From contig CAXGWC010000005.1 in NCBI GenBank assembly GCA_964013425.1, forward strand, positions 16,149 through 80,148: a stretch of 64,000 nt of DNA, given 5' to 3'. Both the position numbers and the translations under genes were made by a program. The notes below the pieces were generated by a model. The model searched no databases. It saw only the letters and a program-made list of their open reading frames with translations, and had not been told where the DNA came from. How positions within the stretch are numbered: position 1 is the stretch's first letter; every line of letters starts with the position of its first letter. This document shows, in pieces, positions 1-9,458 of this stretch. Source of the DNA: an uncultured Candidatus Poseidoniales archaeon (lineage in GTDB: Archaea; Thermoplasmatota; Poseidoniia; Poseidoniales; Thalassarchaeaceae).

Positions 1-479
1 TTCAAGAGATAATGATCCCCCATGTCTTCAGCCTTGGTTATCATGTCGCCCGGATTGGAACCATAGTCAGGCTCTGTAAGGCCAAAGCATCCAATCCATT
101 CCCCACTGGCCATCTTGGGCAGGTAGTAGTTCTTCTGCTCCTCAGAGCCAAAGTCCCAAATTGGATACATTGCTAATGATCCTTGAACTGATGCAAATGA
201 GCGAAGACCACTGTCCCCCCTCTCGAGCTCTCTACATATCACCCCGTATGCGGCATACGATAGCCCTGGGCATCCATATCCCTTCAATGGAGCTCCTAGG
301 ATACCCATCTCTCCAAGAGTAACTCTCCATTTATCAGGAAAAACGCCGTCTCTACATGCATGCTCAATCTCCGGAAGGACATCATTATCGACGAAGTCAC
401 GAACCATGTCCCTCACCATTCTCTCTTCTTCGGTCAGGAGCGAGTCGACATCGTAGAAGTCCAGAGCTTCGAATGGCAT
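1..479 (-). CDS. Acyl-CoA dehydrogenase, glutaryl-CoA dehydrogenase-like (5' part; runs off the window start)
   Basis: Not in the ORF track. Minus strand from ATG at 479 reads MPFEALDFYDVDSLLTEEERMVRDMVRDF...IGCFGLTEPDYGSNPGDM; GGTGA RBS just upstream. Confidence 0.85.
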   Translation of the reverse strand, partial: MPFEALDFYDVDSLLTEEERMVRDMVRDFVDNDVLPEIEHACRDGVFPDKWRVTLGEMGILGAPLKGYGCPGLSYAAYGVICRELERGDSGLRSFASVQGSLAMYPIWDFGSEEQKNYYLPKMASGEWIGCFGLTEPDYGSNPGDMITKAEDMGDHYLL

Positions 480-527
480 GTTCTCACCTCTCGCGCAGTA
501 CTTTCCCTCATCAAGGTATGGAACAAA

Positions 528-1739
528 CTATCTCTTTCGCCGACTGTATGATGCCCTGCTCTTTTTTCTGAGTCTGCGCGAAGAACGATCATTTCCCCAG
601 CCAAATATGGACATCATTAAAGTGGCCGCGAAACCGAGAATAGCCAAAAGAACCGCCATGGATAGGATTGAAGAGACAATTGAGTTTTCACCGATACCAT
701 CTATAGTTTGAAATGACGCCAGATTTCCCCTGTCAGTAAGAACCCAACCTGTATTTTCATTCAAAGACCATGTAGAAACAACCCTTTCTCCCGATAGTTG
801 AATATTCTCATTCACCACATCTGAATTTTCTAACCATGGAAAGGTGGCGTTCTTCTCTAGATCATGTTCTACGATTCCAAATGGCGCCATAGAGATCAAG
901 AATCTATTTTCACTATGGTCTGATATGGTGGTTAGAACTCCCTCCAAACCGATAATCTCAACTCCTGAGATAGTTGATTTATCAGGATTTGACGTATTGA
1001 CTTTTATTGTTCCTAGGATATTAGACGATATAGCAACGCAAGAACTGCTGGAATCAAGACACTCAATGTCACTCCAGGGAGTAGAAGAACCCCCTATCCA
1101 ATTCAAAGAATGGTCCCTTTGTATTATTGCAATCCCGTTTAACGTTGTCGAAGCGACACATACTATGCCTTCAGAAATACAGTCAATTGAAGTCACTGGA
1201 CTCTGACCTTCCAGCCCCTCTAGCAAGTGAGTTTCGGTCCCCCCGTCTCCAGAAGCCCTTACTCTCCATATTTCTCCTTCTGTGGAGCCTATATATGCCC
1301 AAGAACCAGATAAGCTCCATGAAACCGATAAAAGGTCGGAACCAGAGAGATTTTCTACCCCTGCATCAGTCAGGGACTTATCCAAATCAGAGTATCTGAG
1401 AACTGTCCCGTTATCCCCGACTATCAGTGCTGAGTTCCCACTTGGATGAAAACTAGCATCATTGAGAGAACTGTTTCCGATCGATGGAGTCTCTGTGTAA
1501 TCAGAAGGATCAGAAGCTGAGAAGACAATAACGTTCGAATCTTGGCCAAATGCTATTACAAGTTCCTTCGAGGGACTTAATTCAGCCCCAGCTAGCCCCA
1601 AGTCACCCCCAGGAAGAGATTCGAAATCATCCATCCCGACCGCGGAACTTGCAGACGATAGAATTGAGATATTTGATACGAGAAAAAGTACCGCCAGATG
1701 TATCGCCATTCTCGTACGCATGTTTTCCGATACGCGCAT
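528..1739 (-). CDS. Secreted, membrane-anchored beta-propeller (WD40/YVTN-like) hypothetical protein
   Basis: Signal-like N-terminus; blade-like repeats (DASFHPSGNSALIVGDNG, SVSWSLSGSWAYIGSTEG); C-terminal TM and basic tail. True start may be 1721. Confidence 0.6.
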   Translation of the reverse strand: MRVSENMRTRMAIHLAVLFLVSNISILSSASSAVGMDDFESLPGGDLGLAGAELSPSKELVIAFGQDSNVIVFSASDPSDYTETPSIGNSSLNDASFHPSGNSALIVGDNGTVLRYSDLDKSLTDAGVENLSGSDLLSVSWSLSGSWAYIGSTEGEIWRVRASGDGGTETHLLEGLEGQSPVTSIDCISEGIVCVASTTLNGIAIIQRDHSLNWIGGSSTPWSDIECLDSSSSCVAISSNILGTIKVNTSNPDKSTISGVEIIGLEGVLTTISDHSENRFLISMAPFGIVEHDLEKNATFPWLENSDVVNENIQLSGERVVSTWSLNENTGWVLTDRGNLASFQTIDGIGENSIVSSILSMAVLLAILGFAATLMMSIFGWGNDRSSRRLRKKSRASYSRRKR

Positions 1740-1818
1740 TATCTATAGCCCGTTCGTAACCCAATATTCAACGACCCATGACGGCAGAATTGAAGAATAC
1801 CCCAGTAAGCCGGGTGGC

Positions 1819-2331
1819 ATGGAACGATTCGATGTACGACGCGGGATGGTTAAACAAATTACAGAAGATGGGGGGCTATCAGCATTAGCTAGCAAGTATT
1901 TCGACGATGTACAGTCCACTGGAGACAGCTCATTCACTGGCTCACATGGAATAATGACTTCTATCTCAGGAAGATTCGAAGGAAACGCCCTAATTGTTGA
2001 TGTAACCAATGTCGCTCCAGACTTCGAAAACCCTGAAGCTATGAAGTCCGCAATGGACGATCGCAGGAGATGGACAACTTTCCTAGACGACGCGACTGGA
2101 TACAACTCGAAGCAGAGAGGGGACAAGGCGAAAGAATGGGCTAAGAAAGCATCAAAGGCAAAATCTGCTATCTCAGCAGCTCGTCATTTCATGTCTATGT
2201 CGGAGGCCATACCACAAGACAAGATAGGTCAGGCGGAGGAATTGATCTCTGAAATTGAGGAAGCCTTGGAGTCTAATGAAAATACGAAAGCCGCCGGAAG
2301 AGCGGAAAAACTGAACAAGTTATTCAATTAG
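1819..2331 (+). CDS. DUF5611-like conserved archaeal protein
   Basis: MERFDVRRG start and the RRRWTTFLDDATGYNSKQR motif typical of this archaeal family; start moved from 1720 to the ATG at 1819. Confidence 0.65.
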   Translation: MERFDVRRGMVKQITEDGGLSALASKYFDDVQSTGDSSFTGSHGIMTSISGRFEGNALIVDVTNVAPDFENPEAMKSAMDDRRRWTTFLDDATGYNSKQRGDKAKEWAKKASKAKSAISAARHFMSMSEAIPQDKIGQAEELISEIEEALESNENTKAAGRAEKLNKLFN

Positions 2332-2339
2332 GTGTAAAA

Positions 2340-3455
2340 ATGCCCTCCGATGAAACTCAAGCTGATGAGGGGATACAGCACCCTATTGCAGCTAGGATGT
2401 TCTCAGGTTGCGTAGAAGTTATCGGAGTGGACCATGTAGAAGCAGTTCTTTCGGGCTCGGAATCTAACTCTGGAAACAATCAACTGGTAGCATATATCGG
2501 TCTTGAGCCAAGCGGAAAGGCACATTTGGGATGGCTACTCCTTTCGGGAACAATAAGAAAAATGTTGGATGAAGGGGTGAATGTCATTATTCTACTGGCT
2601 GATTGGCATGCCTGGGTGAATGATAAATTCGGGCGAGATATGGGAAAGATATCACTTGCTGCCGATTACATGTCAGAGGTCTTTAGGGCCCTTCTCGACT
2701 ATCCAGAATTAGGTGATGGCCCCGGGCAAGTAAGGTTCGTTCGAGCATCAGAGGTCATGGATTCAGGAAAATACTGGGAAAGGGTACTACGGTGCTCCAA
2801 GAATATGAGTCTTTCAAGGGTCAGGAGGACATTCAGCATTATGGGAAGGGATGAGGATTCCTCCGACCACGACTTATCTGCTTTCTATTATCCTGCTCTG
2901 CAGGCCGCTGATATCTTTGAGCTGGAGGTTGACATAGCATTCGGAGGGATGGATCAGAGAAAGGCCCACATGTACATGAGAGAAGTAGCTGATAGAAATG
3001 GCTGGACTAAGCCAACTTGTATCCATACGCCAATGCTTTCTGGATTGAAGGGAGCAGGTGGGAGGATGGATTCATTCGAATATAAGATGTCCAAGTCAGA
3101 CCCTAATAATGCAATAATTCTACATGACTCCAAAGATGTCCTCCGCAAGAAAATGAAGAAAGCATTTCTTGAGGTCGGAAACGACTCCTCTGCCATCTTT
3201 GAGATAGTCGAACACATCATTATGCCAAGAATGGGTAAGATAGTTGTAACTCCAGATCCAAAGTATGGCTCTCCATCCAGCTTCTTTAGTTCTGATGATT
3301 TTGTTTCATCAGTTTCGGGAGGAAATGTGCACCCATTAGATGCAAAAATAGCCGTTGCAGACGCTCTTTTTGTAATCCTTTCACCCGTGTCCAAACATTT
3401 CCAAGAAAATCCCGAACTATTGGAGAGTATGGAATCACTCTCGGAATCTAAGTGA
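2340..3455 (+). CDS. tyrS: Tyrosine--tRNA ligase (archaeal type)
   Basis: YIGLEPSGKAHLG (HIGH-like), LLADWHA, YPALQAADI, GGMDQRK, KMSKS. Confidence 0.97.
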   Translation: MPSDETQADEGIQHPIAARMFSGCVEVIGVDHVEAVLSGSESNSGNNQLVAYIGLEPSGKAHLGWLLLSGTIRKMLDEGVNVIILLADWHAWVNDKFGRDMGKISLAADYMSEVFRALLDYPELGDGPGQVRFVRASEVMDSGKYWERVLRCSKNMSLSRVRRTFSIMGRDEDSSDHDLSAFYYPALQAADIFELEVDIAFGGMDQRKAHMYMREVADRNGWTKPTCIHTPMLSGLKGAGGRMDSFEYKMSKSDPNNAIILHDSKDVLRKKMKKAFLEVGNDSSAIFEIVEHIIMPRMGKIVVTPDPKYGSPSSFFSSDDFVSSVSGGNVHPLDAKIAVADALFVILSPVSKHFQENPELLESMESLSESK

Positions 3456-3536
3456 ATCATTGTAATTTACGCTTTTCGAACGTTTCTTCAGGGACAGGTA
3501 TCATAACCCCCATTACTACGCGAGGCTGGTGAAATT

Positions 3537-5087
3537 ATGTCAGATGTCGGCATAGACGATATTGCAATTCATTTTCCTAGGCTTTACTTCGATATGAAGG
3601 ACTTCGCTGATTTCCGTGGTGCAGATTTCTCTAAACTAAACAAGGGACTAGGACTCTCTGCCATGGCTATTCCAGATGTACATGAGGATACTGCTACGAT
3701 GGGTGCCAATGCAACTTCTAGGCTAATAGATCGCAACAACATAGATCCAAATAAGATCGGCCGTATCTATCTAGGTACAGAGTCCGCATTAGACGGTGCC
3801 AAACCTACAGCCACTTACATAATGGACATGCTAGAGCAGAAGTACTCTGGAAAATATGGTGAAAATTGCTTTAGAAATTGTGATGTCGTAGATTTGACCT
3901 TCGCATGTATTGGCGCTGTAGATGCTATGCACAATACGCTTGATTGGGTAGCCAGAGGAGGGCCGGAAAAAGACAGAATCGGCATAGTTGTGTTCGCAGA
4001 CAATGCGAAGTATGATCTTGGATCAAGCGGAGAGTATACCCAAGGTGCAGGAGGAGGTGCTATCCTAATCAGGCACAGTCCAAGGCTCCTTGCCATTCCT
4101 GACATCTGGGGAGTTTCTACAATGCCCGTCCATGACTTTTTCAAACCCAGAAGGGAAGTTAATACTAGAATGATCATTGAGAATGTATTAGAAATCGCCA
4201 AGGAGAGTGGCGAGAGGGTCAAAGATGGCTTGGCAGAGAAAATCCTCAAGTTCCTCCCAAATTCATCAAAGAAAGATGATATTATGTTCGAGAATGAAAA
4301 GTTGATGATTCACAAAGATATGCCTGTGTTTGACGGGCAATTCTCGAATAGATGTTATTCTGAATCTGTAAAAACGGCGTTTATCGACTTCAGGTCGAAG
4401 GCAATCAGGGATGGAAGATACAATCCAGAGACCGACGAAATACTCACTGAGCAGTGGTTACGGATTATTGTACATCTTCCGTACGCTTTCCAGGGAAAGA
4501 GGATGTTCCCAGATGTCTTCAGGCATGATAGGCGAAAACTTCCAGTTTGGGATGATATTACTGAGGAGATTGGTCCGGAACCACTTCCAGAGTCATTTCC
4601 CGATACTCCAGAAGGGATGGAAGAATTCGAGCGTGCCAATGACTCCTACAGGAGACTTATTTCAAAGACCGAAGAATTCAAGAATTTCGCAGAGCAGAGA
4701 ATTGAGAAGACACAGCGAGCGTCCAGCCTGATTGGAAATCAATACACTGGTTCGATCTTTTTGGCTCTTATGTCTGCTATGGAGAGTGACTATCTAGATG
4801 GAACTGAGATGGGAGGGAATAAGGTCGGCCTCTGTGGATATGGCTCGGGGGCCAAGGCCAAGGTATTCGAAGGAGAAGTTCAGGAAGGATGGAAGGAGAT
4901 TTCATCCAGATTCAATTTATTTGAGAGGCTTTCGTCAAGGAAACCGATCGATAAAACGATCTACGAATCACTTCATAGAGGTTCAAGGAAAGAATCTGTA
5001 GTCACTCCAAGTAGTGAATTCGCACTAATAGGAATCAGTGCGGAAGGCGATCTTGAAGGCCAAAGAAGATATGCATGGATCGAGTAA
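3537..5087 (+). CDS. mvaS: Hydroxymethylglutaryl-CoA synthase (bacterial type)
   Basis: EDTATM, GTESALD, catalytic FAC, EYTQGAG, HLPY, GNQYTGS, GYGSGA; GGTGA RBS. Confidence 0.93.
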   Translation: MSDVGIDDIAIHFPRLYFDMKDFADFRGADFSKLNKGLGLSAMAIPDVHEDTATMGANATSRLIDRNNIDPNKIGRIYLGTESALDGAKPTATYIMDMLEQKYSGKYGENCFRNCDVVDLTFACIGAVDAMHNTLDWVARGGPEKDRIGIVVFADNAKYDLGSSGEYTQGAGGGAILIRHSPRLLAIPDIWGVSTMPVHDFFKPRREVNTRMIIENVLEIAKESGERVKDGLAEKILKFLPNSSKKDDIMFENEKLMIHKDMPVFDGQFSNRCYSESVKTAFIDFRSKAIRDGRYNPETDEILTEQWLRIIVHLPYAFQGKRMFPDVFRHDRRKLPVWDDITEEIGPEPLPESFPDTPEGMEEFERANDSYRRLISKTEEFKNFAEQRIEKTQRASSLIGNQYTGSIFLALMSAMESDYLDGTEMGGNKVGLCGYGSGAKAKVFEGEVQEGWKEISSRFNLFERLSSRKPIDKTIYESLHRGSRKESVVTPSSEFALIGISAEGDLEGQRRYAWIE

Positions 5088-5113
5088 GTCCGTAATCGTT
5101 GGACACAAAAAAA

Positions 5114-6289
5114 TCACTTCGGCTGGATTGCTCTATTGATTACAATCCTCTGAACTTCTTGGGTTCCTTCGTAAATTTGAGTAATCTTAGCGTCCCGGAA
5201 GAATCTCTCAACAGGGAAATCAGTTGTATATCCGTAACCCCCCAAGACCTGGACTGCTCTTTCTGATACCCACATCGCAGTATCTCCAGCAAACAGCTTA
5301 GCCATGCTGGCTTCCTTAGTATGCCTCGGACCTCCTTCTTTGTAGTGATTATGTTTGGCCCATGCGGCCTTGTAAACCATCATCCTGGCAGCTTCAATCT
5401 GAGTGGACATGTCTGCAAGAATATTCCCGATACTCTGATGATATGATATTGGCTTTCCAAAGGTCTTACGCTCTTGTGAGTAGTTTAACGCTGACTCGAA
5501 AGAACCTTGAGCTATTCCTAAGGCTTGGGCGGCGATTCCTATACGGGAATTATCCAAAGCATTCATGGCTATCGGGAAACCTTCTCCCGAGCCTTTCAAA
5601 ACATTCTCAACAGGTACCATGCAATCTTCAAGAAGAAGCGAGCAGGTGTCAGAAGAACGAATCCCCAGCTTATCCTCCTTTTTCCCTACTGAAAAGCCCT
5701 TGAATCCCTTTTCAACAATGAATGCAGTAGTTCCTCCGTGTTTCTTTACTCCATACTCTGGATGATCAACATCCTTCGCAAATAGAACATATATGTCAGC
5801 ACTGGATCCATTAGTTACCCACATTTTTTCGCCATTCAGTATGTAATGAGTTCCATCTTCGCTGAGCTTAGCCTTGCAAACCATAGCAGCCGCATCGGTC
5901 CCTGATCCAGCCTCAGAGAGGGAATATGCTCCTATTTCATTTCCTGCCAGTCTGGAAAGATACTTCTTCTTCTGCTCCTCATTCCCATGGATAGAGATCG
6001 TTTGGGCACAAAGACCGACATGAACGCAGTACATTACAGAGAAAGACGGATCAACTCTAGCCAACTCTTCGACAATAATTGCTTCGGTAATGTCGTCGAC
6101 CGGACTCCCCCCATAATCTTCCCCAATTGTAATTCCTTGAAGACTAGTTTCACAGAAACTGGACCACTCCTCAATAGGGGCCTGCTGATTCTTGTCCCTG
6201 GTTAGGGTAGTGGGCTGGAGGACTTCCTCTGCAAAGCTTCTGACCATATTCCTAATCATATTCTGCTCTTCCGTCTCTTCAAAATTCAT
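5114..6289 (-). CDS. Acyl-CoA dehydrogenase (short/branched-chain type)
   Basis: AYSLSEAGSGTDA, LNGEKMWVTN, KLGIRSSDT, QVLGGYGY, RDAKITQIYEGT. Confidence 0.95.
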   Translation of the reverse strand: MNFEETEEQNMIRNMVRSFAEEVLQPTTLTRDKNQQAPIEEWSSFCETSLQGITIGEDYGGSPVDDITEAIIVEELARVDPSFSVMYCVHVGLCAQTISIHGNEEQKKKYLSRLAGNEIGAYSLSEAGSGTDAAAMVCKAKLSEDGTHYILNGEKMWVTNGSSADIYVLFAKDVDHPEYGVKKHGGTTAFIVEKGFKGFSVGKKEDKLGIRSSDTCSLLLEDCMVPVENVLKGSGEGFPIAMNALDNSRIGIAAQALGIAQGSFESALNYSQERKTFGKPISYHQSIGNILADMSTQIEAARMMVYKAAWAKHNHYKEGGPRHTKEASMAKLFAGDTAMWVSERAVQVLGGYGYTTDFPVERFFRDAKITQIYEGTQEVQRIVINRAIQPK

Positions 6290-6402
6290 GGTTGCTCGTT
6301 ACTTCCGAAAGGCATTCCATTGTTAATCTCTTGTTGAGTAATTCTCAAATCTTCAGGAACGAATAGTTGAAATGAGATATTGAGGGCCGCGGAGCGGGAA
6401 AC

Positions 6403-6936
6403 ATGGCCGACAGCGACTACGCAGAGTTCAGCATTGCACACGACCGCCTATACACGCTTGACCATCTTTGGATGCAAGTTCTGGATGAGGATAAGGACGA
6501 AGGTACGACTAGTATTAAGATAGGACTTAGTGAGTTCGTGATGGCCGAGTTCGGAGAAGTAATCCAGGTTGTTCTCGCAAGACCTAGGGATGAAAGTGAT
6601 TTTGAGATTGACGCAGATTCCGGTCTTTCAGAGGACGATGAAGAAGAAAAATCTCCCAAATCTCAAACAATGGGGGCCCAGGTCGATACCGATGAGCTTC
6701 TGATCACAGTAACTACCAGATATGACAGCGAATTTGATAGGATGCTAATCAATGCGCCCATACCATGCACTATCATGGAGTTAAACGGCCATGTTGAGGA
6801 TAACCCAGACCTAGTTAACGAGGATGCATATGGGGATGCTTGGTGCATAATCGTGAAGACTTTTACCGATGATTTCGACGAAGATCAATTCATGGATAAG
6901 GACGAGTACTTAGCCATGCTAAATGAGCTTCCCTGA
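6403..6936 (+). CDS. Glycine cleavage H-protein-like protein lacking the lipoyl lysine
   Basis: RLYTLDHLW, IGLSEF, NAP, NPDLVNEDAYGDAW match GcvH; the ESVK hairpin is replaced by TTRYDSEFD; acidic insertion of about 28 aa. Confidence 0.8.
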   Translation: MADSDYAEFSIAHDRLYTLDHLWMQVLDEDKDEGTTSIKIGLSEFVMAEFGEVIQVVLARPRDESDFEIDADSGLSEDDEEEKSPKSQTMGAQVDTDELLITVTTRYDSEFDRMLINAPIPCTIMELNGHVEDNPDLVNEDAYGDAWCIIVKTFTDDFDEDQFMDKDEYLAMLNELP

Positions 6937-8223
6937 CTAGGGCCAGCTAAGAGCTCTCCATTCTTGGTAATCGGATGACTTCCAGTCGATGTCTAAGAGA
7001 AACTGTAACACATCTTCTTCTGTTCTGGAGGCTTCTTCAACCTGTCTTCGATGTAGCCATCCTTTGAGCCTTCCCAGTCTTGGACCAGGGGCGAGCCCTG
7101 TCACAATGGCTAGCCTTTCACCATTAACTATCGGATTTAAGATCAAATCCCCAGGATTGATGCTTCTGAATAATTTGTCAAATTCCTCAGTTTCTATTCC
7201 GTTTTTTTCCAAGTAACTCATAATCAGCCTCTTCCTTCTATCCGGGACAGCAGCATGGAATCTTCTGGCTGACTCAATTGTTACATCCAGGCTCAAATAT
7301 CTACATTCATGCATTATCGATATCTCCAAGAGATCGTTTTTCGAGAGGACAAGCAAATCTCTCATCTTGGAAGCCAGCTCTTCTCCACTAAGCTCGCTGT
7401 TCCTAAACAGTAATGCTAGGTTTACCAAATATTCCGTAGACAGTTCCGGAGGGAGCTCTAGGTGTATGTTCTCGAATACTCTGTCTAGAACTCCTAGAGA
7501 CAACATTTGGCTGATAATTGAATGGACGTTTTCCCCAGTTAGTATCTTTGCCATCTCCATGCCAACTCTTTCTCTCGAGATTCCTTGTAGAAATTCCTCT
7601 GATGACAGAATTCCGCTTCTTAGAGAGTCATCCATCTCTCTAATACCCATTTTTCCTGCATCTAGGAATCTGAATGCACGAAGTACTCTCAAACCATCTT
7701 CTTCAAACCTCTCCTCAGCAACACCCACTGATTTCAGTACGCCCATTCTTAAGTCATTTAATCCGTTATACGGATCTAATAATCTGCCCCTAGAATCTAT
7801 TGCCATCGAATTGATTGTGAAATCTCGCCGACTCAAATCAGCAAAAATTCCACTATTTCCCTCTCCTTCCTCAAGAAAGCTAACCGTCTCGGGCCTTCTG
7901 CCATCAGAGTAATCGCCTTCACTTCTCAAAGTCGTTACCTGCCACTGGAGGTCCCCCTCAAAGTCATCGTCCAATCTGACTATGACAGTTCCAAAGCTAG
8001 CTCCAACCATCAGTGACCTTGGAAAAATGGACTTTATCTGTTCTGGAGTAAGAGTCGTTGCAATGTCCATATCATCTGGATTTCCTCCTGAGAGAGAATC
8101 TCTAACCCATCCTCCAACAATCCAGGCCATACCTTTCTCGTTAAGTCTGCTAAGAACCATCTTGTCAGCACTGGACATAATCCCAAGCGCATGCTCGATC
8201 GACTCTCGCACCGACTCCTCCAT
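6937..8223 (-). CDS. cca: Class II (bacterial/eukaryal-type) CCA tRNA nucleotidyltransferase
   Basis: VGGWVRD...DMDIAT, flexible loop RSEGDYSDGRRP, DLSRRDFTINSMA, EDGLRVLRAFRF, SRERVGME. Confidence 0.88.
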   Translation of the reverse strand: MEESVRESIEHALGIMSSADKMVLSRLNEKGMAWIVGGWVRDSLSGGNPDDMDIATTLTPEQIKSIFPRSLMVGASFGTVIVRLDDDFEGDLQWQVTTLRSEGDYSDGRRPETVSFLEEGEGNSGIFADLSRRDFTINSMAIDSRGRLLDPYNGLNDLRMGVLKSVGVAEERFEEDGLRVLRAFRFLDAGKMGIREMDDSLRSGILSSEEFLQGISRERVGMEMAKILTGENVHSIISQMLSLGVLDRVFENIHLELPPELSTEYLVNLALLFRNSELSGEELASKMRDLLVLSKNDLLEISIMHECRYLSLDVTIESARRFHAAVPDRRKRLIMSYLEKNGIETEEFDKLFRSINPGDLILNPIVNGERLAIVTGLAPGPRLGRLKGWLHRRQVEEASRTEEDVLQFLLDIDWKSSDYQEWRALSWP

Positions 8224-8279
8224 GTCACGCCGTATGGACTCGCAGACATCACTGCTTCGGACTGAATAAGCAATTTCAA

Positions 8280-9308
8280 CTAAGGAGTGAAGTCGGCATG
8301 TCTTTTTCCGAAAAGTGGCTCTTCCAAATTTATGAGGCCTCCTCCCAAGTCGAATCCCAGAATGTTACTGAAAGTTGGCCATAGTTCATTCAGCCATTCA
8401 GCCTCAGTAATCAGTAGCTCAATTACAGGGTGCTCAATAATTTCCTCTTCTGTGGAACTTTCAGTAATTTCAGGCAGTCCCGGTGGAAGTCCCCTTAGTG
8501 ACTCAACTAGTCTTTCCAGTCTCTGGACCTCCTCTGAATTTTCACCTAGGACAGAGGAAATTATCACCAGAGCATCCTCAAACTCATCTGCAATGAACAG
8601 TGGATCAGGAAATCCTCTTTCAGACTCTCTGATATCCATGGGGCCGAATACCACCCCTCCCAAATCAGTTTCCAGCCAGGTGCCACCTTGCCACTCCTTT
8701 TTCATAAGCCTCTGTTGAATCCTGCCTCCAAACGGGCCAAGGATAAACCCCCCTTCGTCGATAAGCAACTCAATAAAATTTGGAATTTCCCTGATTGAGC
8801 CAGTAAAAAGAACCCTATCCACATCTCGATCCCATTTTGGATCTTCCAAGGCCTCCTTGCCCAAGACGCGTATTAAGCCACATTGGTCACGTCTCTCAAG
8901 TACGCTCGATGTGTATTCAGCAACTTCATCATGGGGCTCAATTATGGTGACCCTGCCTCCCTTCCCGCAGATTATGTCAATCAGTGTGGCTAAATACCCC
9001 CCTTTAGATCCCATTAGAAGAACATGAAGATCATCATCCAGCTCTAGATGGTGGAGCATAGTGGCTATCATGTGTGGTGCGGAAATTGTCTTCGTTACCC
9101 CAGAATTCGTAACCAAAAAAGGAACAGGGTGATCGTGCCAGAAGTTTTCCAACGGAAAATCGGTGAAATCAGAAGGCTCCGTCTGAAGAAACGCCTCAAT
9201 AACCCCATTACTCATTGGAATGCCCGTTTTTTCGAGCATTTCAATCAGATCAGCTACTTCGGACACTGTTTCCCTCGGCACTCCTTTAGCCGCAGGCCAT
9301 TTGAACAC
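8280..9308 (-). CDS. Protein-L-isoaspartate O-methyltransferase-like protein with C-terminal extension
   Basis: TISAPHMIATMLHHL, degenerate motif I (LLMGSKGGY), DRVLFTG, VVFGPM. Start moved to GTG at 9308 because the ORF-track start overlaps tRNA-Val. Confidence 0.7.
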   Translation of the reverse strand: MFKWPAAKGVPRETVSEVADLIEMLEKTGIPMSNGVIEAFLQTEPSDFTDFPLENFWHDHPVPFLVTNSGVTKTISAPHMIATMLHHLELDDDLHVLLMGSKGGYLATLIDIICGKGGRVTIIEPHDEVAEYTSSVLERRDQCGLIRVLGKEALEDPKWDRDVDRVLFTGSIREIPNFIELLIDEGGFILGPFGGRIQQRLMKKEWQGGTWLETDLGGVVFGPMDIRESERGFPDPLFIADEFEDALVIISSVLGENSEEVQRLERLVESLRGLPPGLPEITESSTEEEIIEHPVIELLITEAEWLNELWPTFSNILGFDLGGGLINLEEPLFGKRHADFTP

Positions 9309-9328
9309 AACGCTCCCACGACTGCTCA

Positions 9329-9404
9329 GGGTCCGTGGTCTAGGGGTTATGACGTTGCTCTTACAAAGCGAAGATCGCAGGTTCAATTCCTGCCGGACCC
9401 ACCA
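9329..9404 (+). tRNA. tRNA-Val(TAC)
   Basis: Acceptor GGGTCCG/CGGACCC, anticodon arm TTGCT-CTTACAA-AGCGA, T arm GCAGG-TTCAATT-CCTGC, ends ACCA. Confidence 0.95.
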
Positions 9405-9458
9405 AAAATTTTCTATCATCTGTGTTTAGAAATTGTCACATTACTGAATATTCAATAA

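Noticed and set aside
9309-9419. N-terminal extension of the pcm-like ORF given in the ORF track
   Set aside because: It runs antisense across a complete tRNA-Val; GTG 9308 has a GGAG-like RBS.
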